From the NCBI GenBank assembly GCA_964057225.1, contig OZ059898.1:8742001-8806000 (forward strand): DNA of 64,000 nt. The letters are read 5' to 3'. A model generated the notes under the pieces. The model was not told the origin of the DNA and did no database searches. It saw only the letters and a list, made by a program, of their open reading frames with translations. Position 1 is the stretch's first letter. Every line of letters starts with the position of its first letter. Shown here one piece after another: positions 39,486-54,700 of the stretch. The position numbers were made by a program, and so were the translations under genes. Source of the DNA: Auanema rhodensis. Lineage: Eukaryota; Animalia; Nematoda.

Positions 39486-41183
39486 ATGGGACCTGAATTA
39501 GATGAATGCGTATCAATATGTCCCATGACTATATATGCTAGTGATATTCTAAATAATGGGCCTACGGCGTTGTGCAGAGATTTAGCAAGCACTTCTAATA
39601 GAATTGGTAAAAATGATGATTCTTATGAATTAGTTAGAAGTCAAGTTACATCTCTGCTTATCTTCTATGCTCAGGATAGCAAAAATACATTTTTAGTTCT
39701 TGGCACCACTAAAGGGGAGGTTGTTCAGAAAATATAGCATATGTGAAGTTACAGTATTCTTCAGGTTCTATTTATTCCTATTGATGATTCGAAGGAAAAT
39801 TCCGATATATCCAAACACGAAGTTAATTCGTCATCTCCTGTTACTGCATTGGCGTATGGCAAAATATCTTCTCAGGAAGGGTATGTAGTTTAGTTTTTTA
39901 GATTTGAATAGTCACTGTTAGTTCAGATCTGAAGTTGTTGCCATATGCGCAGATGGAACAGCTGTTGCTTTAAGTCCTCCTAATTTAGTAGGAACTTGGG
40001 TTCCTGATCCTGTATTTGAGCAACGTCTACAAGTTAGAATTAACATTTTTTGAAAATCACTAGAAATATTTAGGCAAATATTACTTCTGCATATATCACC
40101 GATATTGACAAAGATAATCACCAAGAACTAGTTGCTATTCTTACGGATCGTGTGGGTTTGTTAGTATCAGAAGAATGAGATGAAATCATTACTACAGTAC
40201 GAACTTTCCGTTGGAGTCAAGCAGATAAAAGGCTCTTACCAATAAATAAATGGGAAGTTCCTTGCCAAATAACAGCTTTTGGAATTGGTGAAGCAGGGTG
40301 ATTTATTCGAACTGAATTTTATAAATATATCATGTTTTTAGAATTAACAGGAAAATGGAAGTTTGGCTTTCTCAGTTGGACAACACGTATTATGCTTGTT
40401 TGCCTTTATCAGGTTTGAGGGTTCTAGAAAGTTATGAATTGTTTTTGGTTTTTAGGAAAGTCGGATGTGAATATATGTAGACATACGAATATGCGAGATC
40501 GTGCCTTAATGGCAATACCAGTGAAAGCCGATTTCACAAATGTCCTTGGTGCTCTCATTAATCACGTTGTCATCATCTGTAAGTTCAACCGAACGGTTAT
40601 AACCCAAATTATGTTGAGAATGTTTAGATATTTCTATATAATAACAACGCTTATTCTATATTTTTATAATGCGAGTTCAGCAATATTTTAATTCAATGTT
40701 GAATTGTTGCATTAGTTCTAAAGAAACAAAATAATGCTTGTTGCTTTATCTATTAAGTAAACGACGTTTACAATTTTAGCAAATAATCAGGAGAAAGTCC
40801 TTCGACATTTTGGGTGGCCAGTAATTGCTACATCCATTGTACATTTTTCTAATTTCACCATCATTGTAACTCTTCATCTTCGAGGACAAGTTCTTCTGTA
40901 CGCTTTTAATCACAGAACTGGACCCAAAGTTTGTGACTATGAAAATATTATTTTATTAATTCTTATAATTCAGGAATCGGAAGTCTATCCTTATGAAAAG
41001 TTCACTTCACTACCGGCTAGTGAGAGGCTATTTGCTATTGCTAAAAATTATAGTGTATTAATTGGTGTTTCTGATTGTGAAGGGCGCTATGTTGTCTATG
41101 ATATCAATGTTTCAGACTTTTATAGAAAATTCGCTTTCACTGATTCTCTCAAATCTGGATTGATAAACTCAATATTAACTTGA
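39486..41183 (+). CDS. ITFG2-like FG-GAP beta-propeller protein (KICSTOR subunit homologue)
   Basis: Spliced segment PVFEQRLQANITSAYITDIDKDNHQELVAILTDRVVRTFRW..INKW..EVWLSQ aligns by eye with recalled human ITFG2 ([45 protein letters not shown]). 5' exon structure and the 40580-40780 segment are uncertain. Confidence 0.72.
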
Positions 41184-41740
41184 TTTCATTCATTGTTAAG
41201 TATTTGTAAATATGTCTAGTGTGATAGGCATGCTAGTTAATTTACATACGAGTATTAACCTATTTGTGTGGGTCTTGATGTTGCCTTTCTCAAGTTCAAA
41301 TATGGCCAATATATCTTTCAGATTATTGATTGTATCATGATTATGGTCATAAAAATGACATTAAGACCCTTCTTTTGGGAAGATGGTCCGATATGTTCTC
41401 AGAAATGAGGTCTTGTTGTTTCCCATTCATGATAAATGCGTTTATTTAGTTTACGTTCTACACCCATGTTTTGCATCAATAAATATATTGTTTCATCTGT
41501 AAATATATCGATTCCTTTAAAAATTACACTAAAAATGATGATAACGATACGAAGAAGCAAGAACTAGTTAAACGACATGACACTTGGATTTCAAAAAACT
41601 TCACCTATTTCATTTCGTCAACGAAAAGGAACGCATGGATTTCATTCCATGTATTATTTCTCATTTTCGTATTTCTTTTCATTGTGTGATGGTTATTGTA
41701 CCATAAATATTTTTAGATACTTGTGAACACTAAAGCTCTT

Positions 41741-43764
41741 ATGGCGGATCAGACGGAGCAACAGGTAGTCAGTACTGCCGAGAAAGTTTTGGAGTTTCTT
41801 AATGATAGATCAAAGGTAAAAGCATTTATGTTACAAATTTATTTTGATGATGTTTTGTATAGAATTCCGGAATTGAAGATCTAACCAGTGTTGAATTTGC
41901 TGCATATCTCACTGAGACCGATCCTTTGAAACATCTCAGAGAACAGTTTCATTATCCCAAATGCAAAACTCTACCTGATGGTTTGTATTGTGTTTTTTAA
42001 ATACTCATTTTACTATTTAGTCGATGCGTCTGTATGTGATCTTGAGTCGGAGTCCATTTATTTATGTGGACATTCTCTGGGACTTTTACCAAAACCTACT
42101 GAACGTATTATGCAAGAGCAAATGAAAAAATGGGCAGAACTGTAAAGACATATCTTTCATAAAAGTTTTATTCGTTTTATTTAGTGGAGTATTCGGACAT
42201 TTGAATGGCGATCTACCTTGGGCTTACTGTGATGAAAAAGGTGTACCGGGTATAGCTCAATTGGTTGGAGCTAAGCCGGAAGAAGTTGCTTTGTGTAATG
42301 GACTTACCGTTAATATTCATGTGCTATTAGTCAGTTCATGCAAAACTATCTTTATGATTAAAATTTTTTTAGTCTGCTTTTTACAAGCCCACAGATACTA
42401 GACACAAAATTTTGATTGAGTCAAAAGCTTTTCCTTCTGATCATTACGCGGTTGAATCACAGATTCGTTTAAAAGGAAGAACTGTGGAAGAAAGCTTGGT
42501 AATTTACTCTTTACATCTTAATTTTAATATTACAGCCTATATTCTGTACTGTGTATCAATATTATTTTTAAGGTTTGTTTGAGTCCTCGTGAAGGTGAAG
42601 ACACTCTTCGCCAAGAAGACATTCTGGAGTATATTGAAAAGAATGGAGATCAGGTCTTGGACTTGTACAGAAGAGCTGTATTCAATAAAGAAATTATTTA
42701 GATCGCAGTAATTTGGTTTGCTGGAGTTCAGTATTACACAGGACAATTGTTTGACATGAAATCCATTACTGAGGCTGGACACCGTAAAGTAAGATGTTTT
42801 TCTGTTGATTCATGAATTGTTCATTAAATTGTGTAATATGCTTTAATCAAACTTTTATTTGAAGGGATGTTTAGTTGGTTTTGACCTGGCTCATGGTTTT
42901 ATTAATGTTCCTCTTCAACTTCATTATTGGGATGTTGATTTCGCAGCTTGGTGCTCTTACAAATACGGATGTACAGGTGCTGGGGGGTTAGCTGGACTCT
43001 TTGTTCACGAACGGTACGTTTAAACTTCAAAAATGAAAATGAAGTTAATATATTCAGGTTCAAGCATGATCAAAGAGATCGTATGCTTGGATGGTGGAGT
43101 CACAAAATGTCGACTAGATTTACTATGGATAATGGTTCGTAATAGTCATACTATGCTAATATAATATTTATTCTTAGTTCTTGACTTAGAAGAAGGTGCA
43201 TCAGGTTTCAGAATAAGTAATCCTCCAATTCATTTGGCTGTTCCTATTATGGGAATTTTAGAGGTATCCTATTTATATTTCATACTAAATATAATATATC
43301 GCATTGAGGTCCTAAGCACTGTACGCCTGGATGATCTCCGTAGTAGATCGTGCTACTTAACAGGATACTTGGAATTTTTGATAAAACATTTCTTTGCACC
43401 TGACTCTCCTCATCGGTTATTAATACTGTATAATTGATTTTTCATTTATATTTTGTGTTATAGAACTGGAGACATTTCCTGTGAAATAATAACTCCAGCA
43501 GAATTTCATCAGCGGGGATGTCAGCTTTCTTTAAAATTCAATGTTCCCATTGATGCCATTTATAGTGAACTGGTAAAGAGAGGATGTGCTGTAAGTTATA
43601 AGCATTGGATCTCAGATTAACTTTAAAACTTTCAGCTCGACAAACGGTATCCTTATGTAATCCGAATTTCTGCTGTTCACTTGTATAATAATTATAACGA
43701 TTGTCGTCGATTCGTAAGTGCACTTCTGGAAGCTGCTTCAATCGTCCAAGAAAATAAAGCTTGA
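41741..43764 (+). CDS. kynu-1: Kynureninase (PLP-dependent)
   Basis: [61 protein letters not shown] (PLP lysine), RISNPP, RGCQLSL. Confidence 0.95.
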
Positions 43765-44212
43765 ATGAGTTGTTCTCTCATCATAATATAGAAGATGTTG
43801 TCACTCCCAATAAATTTCAATGATATATATATGTGTTGATTTTTATCCCAAATTAAAAAAAATTCCTTAAAGATTTAATCGCGATTTATGTTGTCAATCA
43901 TTCCTAATGTCGATAAAAATAGTTTATTCAAAAAATTATCAGAATTCTTTACATATAACTGTCATATATGATTGACATCTTTCTTCATTTTCATATACAG
44001 GACAAGATGAAAATATGGTCTTGGCACGAACAGCCGGATTGCAGAACTCAAAATTTTACACAATTGAACAGTCTTAGTAACTTTAAAGTGAAATACCTTT
44101 TTAAATTTTTTATTTTCTAAAATTTTAAAAATTGTCGTGCTAAAGTTTTAATTACCTAATTCTAGGTACCCAAGGATCAACTTGGTTATTAGGTTGATTA
44201 AAATAGAAGAAG

Positions 44213-46636
<2,424 letters not shown>

Positions 46637-48021
46637 ATAAAGAAACCATTGGTACAATTTCTAGTTTTTATTTGGGAATTGTTTTTTTTTCGTTATATTT
46701 TTTGTTGTACTTGTTATACGATAATTTTTTTTTACTTTAAAGTTTTGAAAATTGAATAAAAAATGTTGTAAGGGAAATATCGTTCTACTTCTATATGAAC
46801 AATTCATATGGTTTTTCGATATAAAATGATCGAAATAAAATTCTTGAATAAAAATTCATTGAACGGCAAATAGAAGTAGCAGGAATAAAATAGCATAACG
46901 CCAGCGAAGCATATGGATTAGACGATTGAAAACTTTTTATCAAACTTGAAAGTTGGATAAGAAGTTAGAGAAATTTCTGGATTTTTTATTACGTTGTTGT
47001 TAAGTATATTGTAAATTGTAGAAATTGTACTATTAAGTTCATTAGTGTTATCATTTCCAGAAAAAGAAGAGATTTTTTATTGACAGTTCCAGTTATATTT
47101 CTAGTATTAAGTGTAAAGTAGAAATTTGATGTTTTTTTTTTAAAAAACCCATACTAATGACGATAGCAAAAAGCTGGTATCATTTAAAAAATTTATATGA
47201 ACAGTATCATTTCAAGGATCGAAAATTATTCTGGGAATTTATTGCAGATTGTTAAAGTTTACTTTCTGAACAGTTCTATACCAGAACTACTGCTACTTAG
47301 ATGCAACGGCTTTCATATCAAAATTCAGAATCAATGATTTTCTTAAATTGGTTTTTATATCTTTTTTTACGAAACCTTAACAAGATAAATATTATTCAAG
47401 ATGATAAAAGTTGACATAAGGTAAATGATAGAAGTGTATTAATTTTGTCTTAGTTTTGTTGTGATTATTTCTGAAGGAGGAAACAAATATATATTTCCAA
47501 ACACGTTTTTATATGTTTGAAATACAAGAAAACAAATACTAATTGTAAAAAAAAACAGATTCGAAAAAATAATATCATTCCTAGATTTCTTGGTACAAGT
47601 TTTAAAACTCATTTCTAGTTTCTTTGATTTTGTGCAATTTGTTATCGTCATTATCCTGTTTGATCATCAGCTTAGTGCTGTTCAAAATGAGTTAACTGTT
47701 GACATAAGTTTACCGGGAATGATAATGCTGAGAAAGTCAACTGCTTTTTAGTTAACTGACGCATGGAAATCATAATTTTGTAAAAGTAGTTTGAAACTTT
47801 TACATCCTAACAGCAAAATCATTCAAGAAATATAATTGTAGTTAAACACAGTTGTAATCCAATACAGTTGAAATTCGCAAATTTCATTCGCAAAATTAGT
47901 TCACAACATCAAAACAAATCTTGCAATTAATGCTTAAGAAAGATTGGATTCTTAATATCCTATTAGAAAAATAACAATCACTTAAGTAAAAATTAAGGAA
48001 CACTAATATTAGCCTAATAAT

Positions 48022-48643
48022 TTATAAGAAATAGGCAGAAAGAAGAGCAATGCAGAAAGTGAGGTAGTATCCAAGGCCAGAAACGGAGTTACATGGAGTG
48101 CCCTAAAATATACGATTTTGATTCTTGGATAGTCAAGTGTGAAACAAACGTTTTCGGATTTACTACATTGATAGAAAATCTTGTAGATAGCGAAATTTCC
48201 GGTTTTCTTGTAACCATCAACGTCTGCACCAGTATAGGCACATTCTCTGATGGTGGTCTCCTCGTTTTCAACTTTCTAAACAAACACTTGAACAGATGAA
48301 TGAAAACACAAGCAAAACCTGAAGAATTTTACGGCATCCTATAGCATTAAGCTTTTCTTTTTGGAATTGTACTTCAATAGATGGGCATGGCTGAAAATTA
48401 GCAAATTCATAATCAAATAAATATTTTATTTTACCTTAATTAACTTATCTGACTTTCCGGGTTCAATAACATCGCAATGTTTGTCGATGTTGGAGATGCA
48501 GGAGTAACATGAGACATCCTCGCTTCTAAAATTTACGATATACTAAGATAGAAAGGCAGGTGATTCAAATGAAACAATTGTTTCCCAACTTACCTTACTC
48601 CAAGCACGAAGAGTGCAGCTAAAATTAAGATGGACGATCGCAT
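48022..48643 (-). CDS. GPI-anchored Ly6/three-finger protein, Crooked/Quiver-like, 8 Cys
   Basis: Five exons: signal MRSSILILAALFVLGV, CYSC, PC, GCRKILQKVE, RECAYTG, TGNFAI, YQC, PCN, then hydrophobic tail GLGYYLTFCIALLSAYFL*. Confidence 0.85.
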
Positions 48644-50903
48644 CCCCACTTGAACTGCCGGATCTGAATCTGTGTAATGTTAGTACTGATCTATCATCGA
48701 CCATTAACATCGCAAATCAAATATGAATCAAGAATACAAAGAAAAGCAAAATAAGGATAACTAATATAGAGAAAAAAGGAAATTTCGCTGCTGAGTTTAA
48801 GAGCAATATTAGAACAAATTATTTTATAATGTTATTCATGAAAACTCCCGTTAGTTGAAAATGTGCTGCAAAACCCAATGCTGGAGGTCTGAGCTTTAAA
48901 GCCATTTAAGGCTGGAGAGCGTGCGTGTCTGAATGTAAATTCACGCAGCAGGTTCTAGAACTGGTAGTTGGAAGAGGAAAAGAGAATTAGACTAGGCAGT
49001 AGTTCAATATTAAGTTAAGTAAAAGAAAAGGATTGTGCCATCTCTTCGTACCCCCCGAAGCAAAGCGAGTCAACGTCGTGATAGTCTTCGGCAACTATTT
49101 ACATACATCGGGATAGAAGGCTATAATGACACGAGAACTAAAAATGAAAAGAGACGTGGTTTTGAGGACGGAAGTAATAATAAGAGATGGAGAGAAAACG
49201 AGACTGCTGTCGAAACCAAAAGAAAAGGTGAGAGAAGAAGGAGCAACAAGAGTACTATCAGCCTAGAGACGAAGTCTAACCAGCAACAGCAGCATCAGCA
49301 GCACAGGAAGAACAAATAGAAATGTGCATCAATGATTGCAACCAGCAGCGTATTGTAATAGAAAATAGCTTAAAACTATCCAAAAAATATAGTGAGCATA
49401 GAAGGAAATTAGTTTTCAACTACCAAAAAGGATAAAATGAGTCTGAAACATAAGCAGTTATATTTCCAGGAAGTATATATTGCCTAGTAAAATCCGTAGA
49501 AACTCGATGCTTAATCGATATCGAGTCGCGCGATGATTGGAAGGATAGCGCCAGCTGCGGAGGTCCCAGTGACAATGATAGAAGAAAACTATGCCAAATA
49601 CTCCACGGTGTTAAATATAATGAACGGAAGTGGTAACTTGAGATGAGCAAGAACATAACCAATAAATTTATGCAAAACAATAACTTATCAACATATAATC
49701 AAATGAAATATAATGAATGAAGAGAAAGCATTGATTGAAAGAGAGAAGCTGAAGTAGCTTTAATCCAATGAATGACCAAATGTTTATATAAAGTTGTTTG
49801 TCCTCATGTACGATAGGAGAAGACAGAAAAAAGAAGAAGAACAATCATAGATATAACTAACGTTATAACAGATTTAAAGTATTAGGATGGACATGGGCTA
49901 ACACAAATGAACTAAAATTAGAGCAGATACTGTGGGCCCCAGCTTGCCAAATTCGTATCAATCTGTATCGGCTTGTCTACAATTCGCTCTTTCTTAGTTG
50001 ACAAGCTCTCTCCTCTTTACATTGGTTTCATTTTTCGCCCAGTATTACTTCTATCACTCGCTCGTTCTTTCTATTCATTCTGTCTCTTTATCTTCACGCT
50101 CTCTCTTTTCCTCTCTTTTCTCTCTATATGTCATCTTCTCCGTAACATTTTATATACATATACAGATATGTATGTTCCCTCCCCTTCATACTTTCTACAC
50201 ACTATTTTTCTCTCTAATCTAATATATCGCTCTTTTTCTCACACGGTCTTAACAACCTGCATAGGGTCCTGGTTATTATTTTATGAGCCGAATCTGATAG
50301 TTCACGACAAAGCAAGAAGATGTAACACGACGATCAAAGGTGAAACGACAATGGACCTATCGGAAAGACAACGTTTGCTAAATTTATCTATAGAACCGTC
50401 GGTTTGCTTGATAAGTGATTTTGAAGCAAACGTCATGTCACATTGAATATCTAAACTTTTTCAACAACAGACTGTATCGTTCATAAATTTATTAATGCAT
50501 ATACCTATTTTTAGAAGAGAGCTTTGGAATTTAGCAATTGAAGCTCAATTATAGATTTTTTATTATTCTTCTAATTGTTTTTACGAAATTAAACAAGAAC
50601 TGTCTTGATCTTCAAATGTTTTTCTTAAAATTATCAACTTATAAGTATAGATGGTTTTGTTCCTTTCTTATAATCAAATAAATAAATAATTTTATGAGTA
50701 GTTTCGAAGATTTAAATTATAAAAAAAACTGGCAAATTTCAATTTTTTATATCTCCGTAGGAGAAAGGTTAAGCTAAGTAGACACAACAAGAAAAGTCGA
50801 GCAAAATCAGAGATTGCCAACAAAAGAAACTTCAATTTAGAGAGACAATTTCAAAGAATAAAAGGACTCCTTGAGAATAAAGGAGTAGGATAGAGAGGTA
50901 TAT

Positions 50904-50905
<2 letters not shown>

Positions 50906-50956
<51 letters not shown>

Positions 50957-50957
50957 G
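50906..50957. repeat. (GA)n microsatellite
   Basis: ~25 GA units with one GC interruption. Confidence 0.95.
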
Positions 50958-51769
50958 GAATGATTCTTTACTGGAAGTCTTGCAGGCAATGCTCTATTCT
51001 TGTTCGAAATACATTCTGAGATTGAATGCTTAAGGCAGTAGGCAGGTACAAGCATAATTACAAATATAAATAAAGAGTTAAAAAACATACAATTCGGATA
51101 TATACATACATATATCTTTAAAGGATCTTAAAATTTTAAAAAGTTATGAGCATAATTAGGGAGGAGCTCCTGGCTACTCGTCAGTTATCTATATGTGTTA
51201 CGCAAAAACATTGATTTTGATTACATTAGGAATAAAAAAATACAATGGATAACATTACGAGGCAGAAAAATTAAAAAAGAAAACGAGCTCATTGCTGGAC
51301 AAGAAAAAAGGACTAGAAAATGACAATTCTTTGGATATTAGTAACCGAATTGAAATCGTGAAAAATCATCAACGGAGTAATATACAAGAAAAGTTAACAG
51401 AATTTTTAAACAGAAAAACAATACTTACATGTTATTAAAAATAAAGGAATAATCTATATATAAGAAAATAATATGAGGAGCTCATCTATGTCACTAAGAA
51501 TGTGTGAGAACTTGAAAAGCGGATGGAATTACTATTCTGGTCAATCAAAAGACAAAACGACGATCAGACCAAAACCAAATAGATAACAAAAATAATTATG
51601 GCACTAAGAAACATGTAAAACGCAAATAATTTACGAAATCTATATGTAAAGTGACTTTTCGATGTTGCTGAATGAATACAATTTAAATTATTTTCAAATA
51701 TTACATGGATAGTTTAAGAAGGTTTTGGATTAATCGTCTTTATCTTATTAATGGTTTAAATAGTAATGT

Positions 51770-54700
51770 TCATGGCCCAGTAGCAACTTCAACTACAGGT
51801 GCATCATCAAGCTCGCTGGTTGCTTCACTTGATTCTGACGATAAGCCTCGAGAACCACCTCCATCAGAGTTGGGATACTCTTCGAAATCACCAATCATTG
51901 CCTGCAAAAGATTGAATAAACCACAAAGAATTGTAAATTCTATTGAATTCTTGTTATTATTACATCATAAACTAATAGCTATGTCTACCCCCTTGAAAAG
52001 TAATTTAGGTTTTTTAAGCCAAAAATGAATCAAAATAGTGTTATCAATTTAGTGATAATGATAGAAACGTATTGCCAACAAGAAAATTGAATAATGAATT
52101 TCTTCAGTAAAGATGAAAATTCAAAATTATAATAGAAAAAACTTACTTTGAGGCCAACAATTTCTCCACGAACAACAAGCAATTGAGGTAAGTTTCTGAA
52201 ATCTTGTAAAACCTCGTAGTTACGGCATCCATGTACAATAACCTATAATTCAAAAAATATAAGTATTAATTATACAGTTATATATATATATAGAAACATG
52301 ACTCAAAATAATGATATTACCTTTTTCAAGAGTTTATGATTTGCAAGCTCTACAACTGTTGCTCTGTTGATTTTTTCCAAATCAAGTTCACGTAAATAAA
52401 TAAACTGAAAGTATATTATTCTATATATATATAATACTATAGAATATCTTTTTTTACCTGTAAGTTAGGCATGCATTTGGCCATGTAACTGAACAGTGAA
52501 TCAGGTAAAAATGGATAATCCACTGGCTTGTCAACGAGACATACTCTTTCCACTCTCTGCTCAAATTTATGAAGAATTGCCATGAGTGGTCCCTGAAACA
52601 TCAAAAGTTTAATTTTTTTTTCTGTAAATCTCAAGAGAAGACATTTCATTAAATTTACATATATACATTAGTTGTTGAACATTTTGTACATTTTGATTAA
52701 TAGCATTTTTTTTAAAGAAACATATGTTCTTAAGTTTATGTTCTGACATAGTTTGAAACTATTAAAATCTTTCTTTTAACTTCATTTTATTTGATTTTTT
52801 CTCCGGCATCATCATACTCTCTAACATCTTTTTGGTGTGAGATAAAATTGAAGTTGTTTGATCTTAAGATGTTCAACAAAAATATTTTTCATGTAGGTTT
52901 TTCATCTTTCAATGTATCTCTGATGTATACTAATGTATAGATGTAACATAGTAGATATTAGTATATAATCCATTTAAAGAACTACATGAAACGCTTTTAC
53001 TATTTCAAATTCTCATGAGATTTCCAAAATCCATAAAATCTTAATTCCATTCAATATTATTTGAAAAGAAAAAGAATATTTGATTAAATTGTAATTAGTA
53101 TGTCTTTCATAGAAACATTTATTGAAAAAGTTTTGAAAGCTTTTATAGAATCCTCAAAAGCTTGGCACATTTTTTATTTTCTTCAAGATGATCTTTTATC
53201 GGATAGAAATATCTTCGCCTTGTCTTTTTTAAATGACCTGCTCTCTGTGGAATTTCTCTAGAGAGCACACAACCACTTCCTAGGCGATCCATCTCTAAGA
53301 TTGCGAAAACGCTTGAGGATTTCCTTTTTATGTTCTCTATCTCTGATTTTTCTTCATCTGCCTCCCTTTACGGAGTGTAAGATAGAAAATTTATGAAATA
53401 GAGAAAATTAGAAGGAAGAAAACCAAATGGCCTGTCAGAAATGGCGAAACTAAAGCACAAAATGCAATTCACATGGGACAGTCTCCCAGACAACACGGAC
53501 GATCAATTTACACAACCATTAAGATACTTCTTAAGTAGAAGTGCTAATCACAATATGTATATATTGAATATAATAATACAAATATATATAAATAGGCAAA
53601 AATATTTGATTGTTTTAAATATTTTAATAATATTTAAAACTTTGAATATATGATAAAGAAATAAATTTCATAAAAAAATATATAAATTTATATTTCAAAA
53701 AAAACAACAACAAGATAATACAATAAAAGTTACTACTTCTTCTTATGGTATACTATTTGTTTTATGATTCTCTATATAAGTTGATTTTTATCTTTTTTTT
53801 TTGTTTCAAATCTTCTACTAAAAAGTTTCATCTCTTCTTGTCATATGACATTTAGAAAGAATACTGAAGAGTGAGTGATGTGAATAAAAATTATAATAAA
53901 AATGACATATTGTTATTAGAAAAGAAGAATTCTTTAATATGTTTTCTTAAATTTTCTCTTAAAATTTTAATTCAGCCTTAACATATATCCGTATATAATA
54001 GATACAATTAGAGTAAAGTGTTGCTTACATATATCGTAAATTCAGCATTTTAGTACCAGAAAACATTGTTTTATCGAATATTTATCTGACAGGTTTAATC
54101 ATAAAAGTAGTTGAAAAAAATATTTTAATACCACTTTTATAATTAAATTAATGAAACAATTTTTATAAATGTTTTGTTTAGTATATTCTTTACTATATAT
54201 ATATGTAAAACTTTTTTTTATGTAAAAGAGGATAAACAAAGAGGTAATATATTTTCTCTTTCCCAACTTATCTTCAAGTCTTGGTGAGTTCACACTTGCA
54301 TATAACCAATGGCTTTATTTGTTTTGAAATTTTTTTTGTTTAGAAGAAAACATGAAAGAATCATTGCTTTGAAGCCTAAAATAGGGAAAAGATTGATACA
54401 TTTTCGTCCTCATGACAACAAATTCTTTAAACTTGATTGATCTTTGCGAATATCTTCAAAAAGCTCTAGTATCCTCTTTTTTTGGTGACAAACTTCAAAA
54501 AGAAAAATGTAAACTAAAAGAAGTTTCACTATGCATAGAAAATAGATAAAAAAAAGAAAATAGAAAGAAGATCTGTTCATGTAATTTTCCCAACTTCTGG
54601 GCTACTTAGTAGATTAACTCATAGATTTTTGTTAAATTTATTCCGAGAATTTGAAGCAGTTTCAACGATAGAAGTTTTCTGTCATTCTTTAAAAAGTTAA

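Noticed and set aside
49973-50446. 157-aa hydrophobic ORF (similar case at 4822-5202)
   Set aside because: Product of CT-rich low-complexity sequence (F/L/S-rich) lacking stops; no splice or family support.
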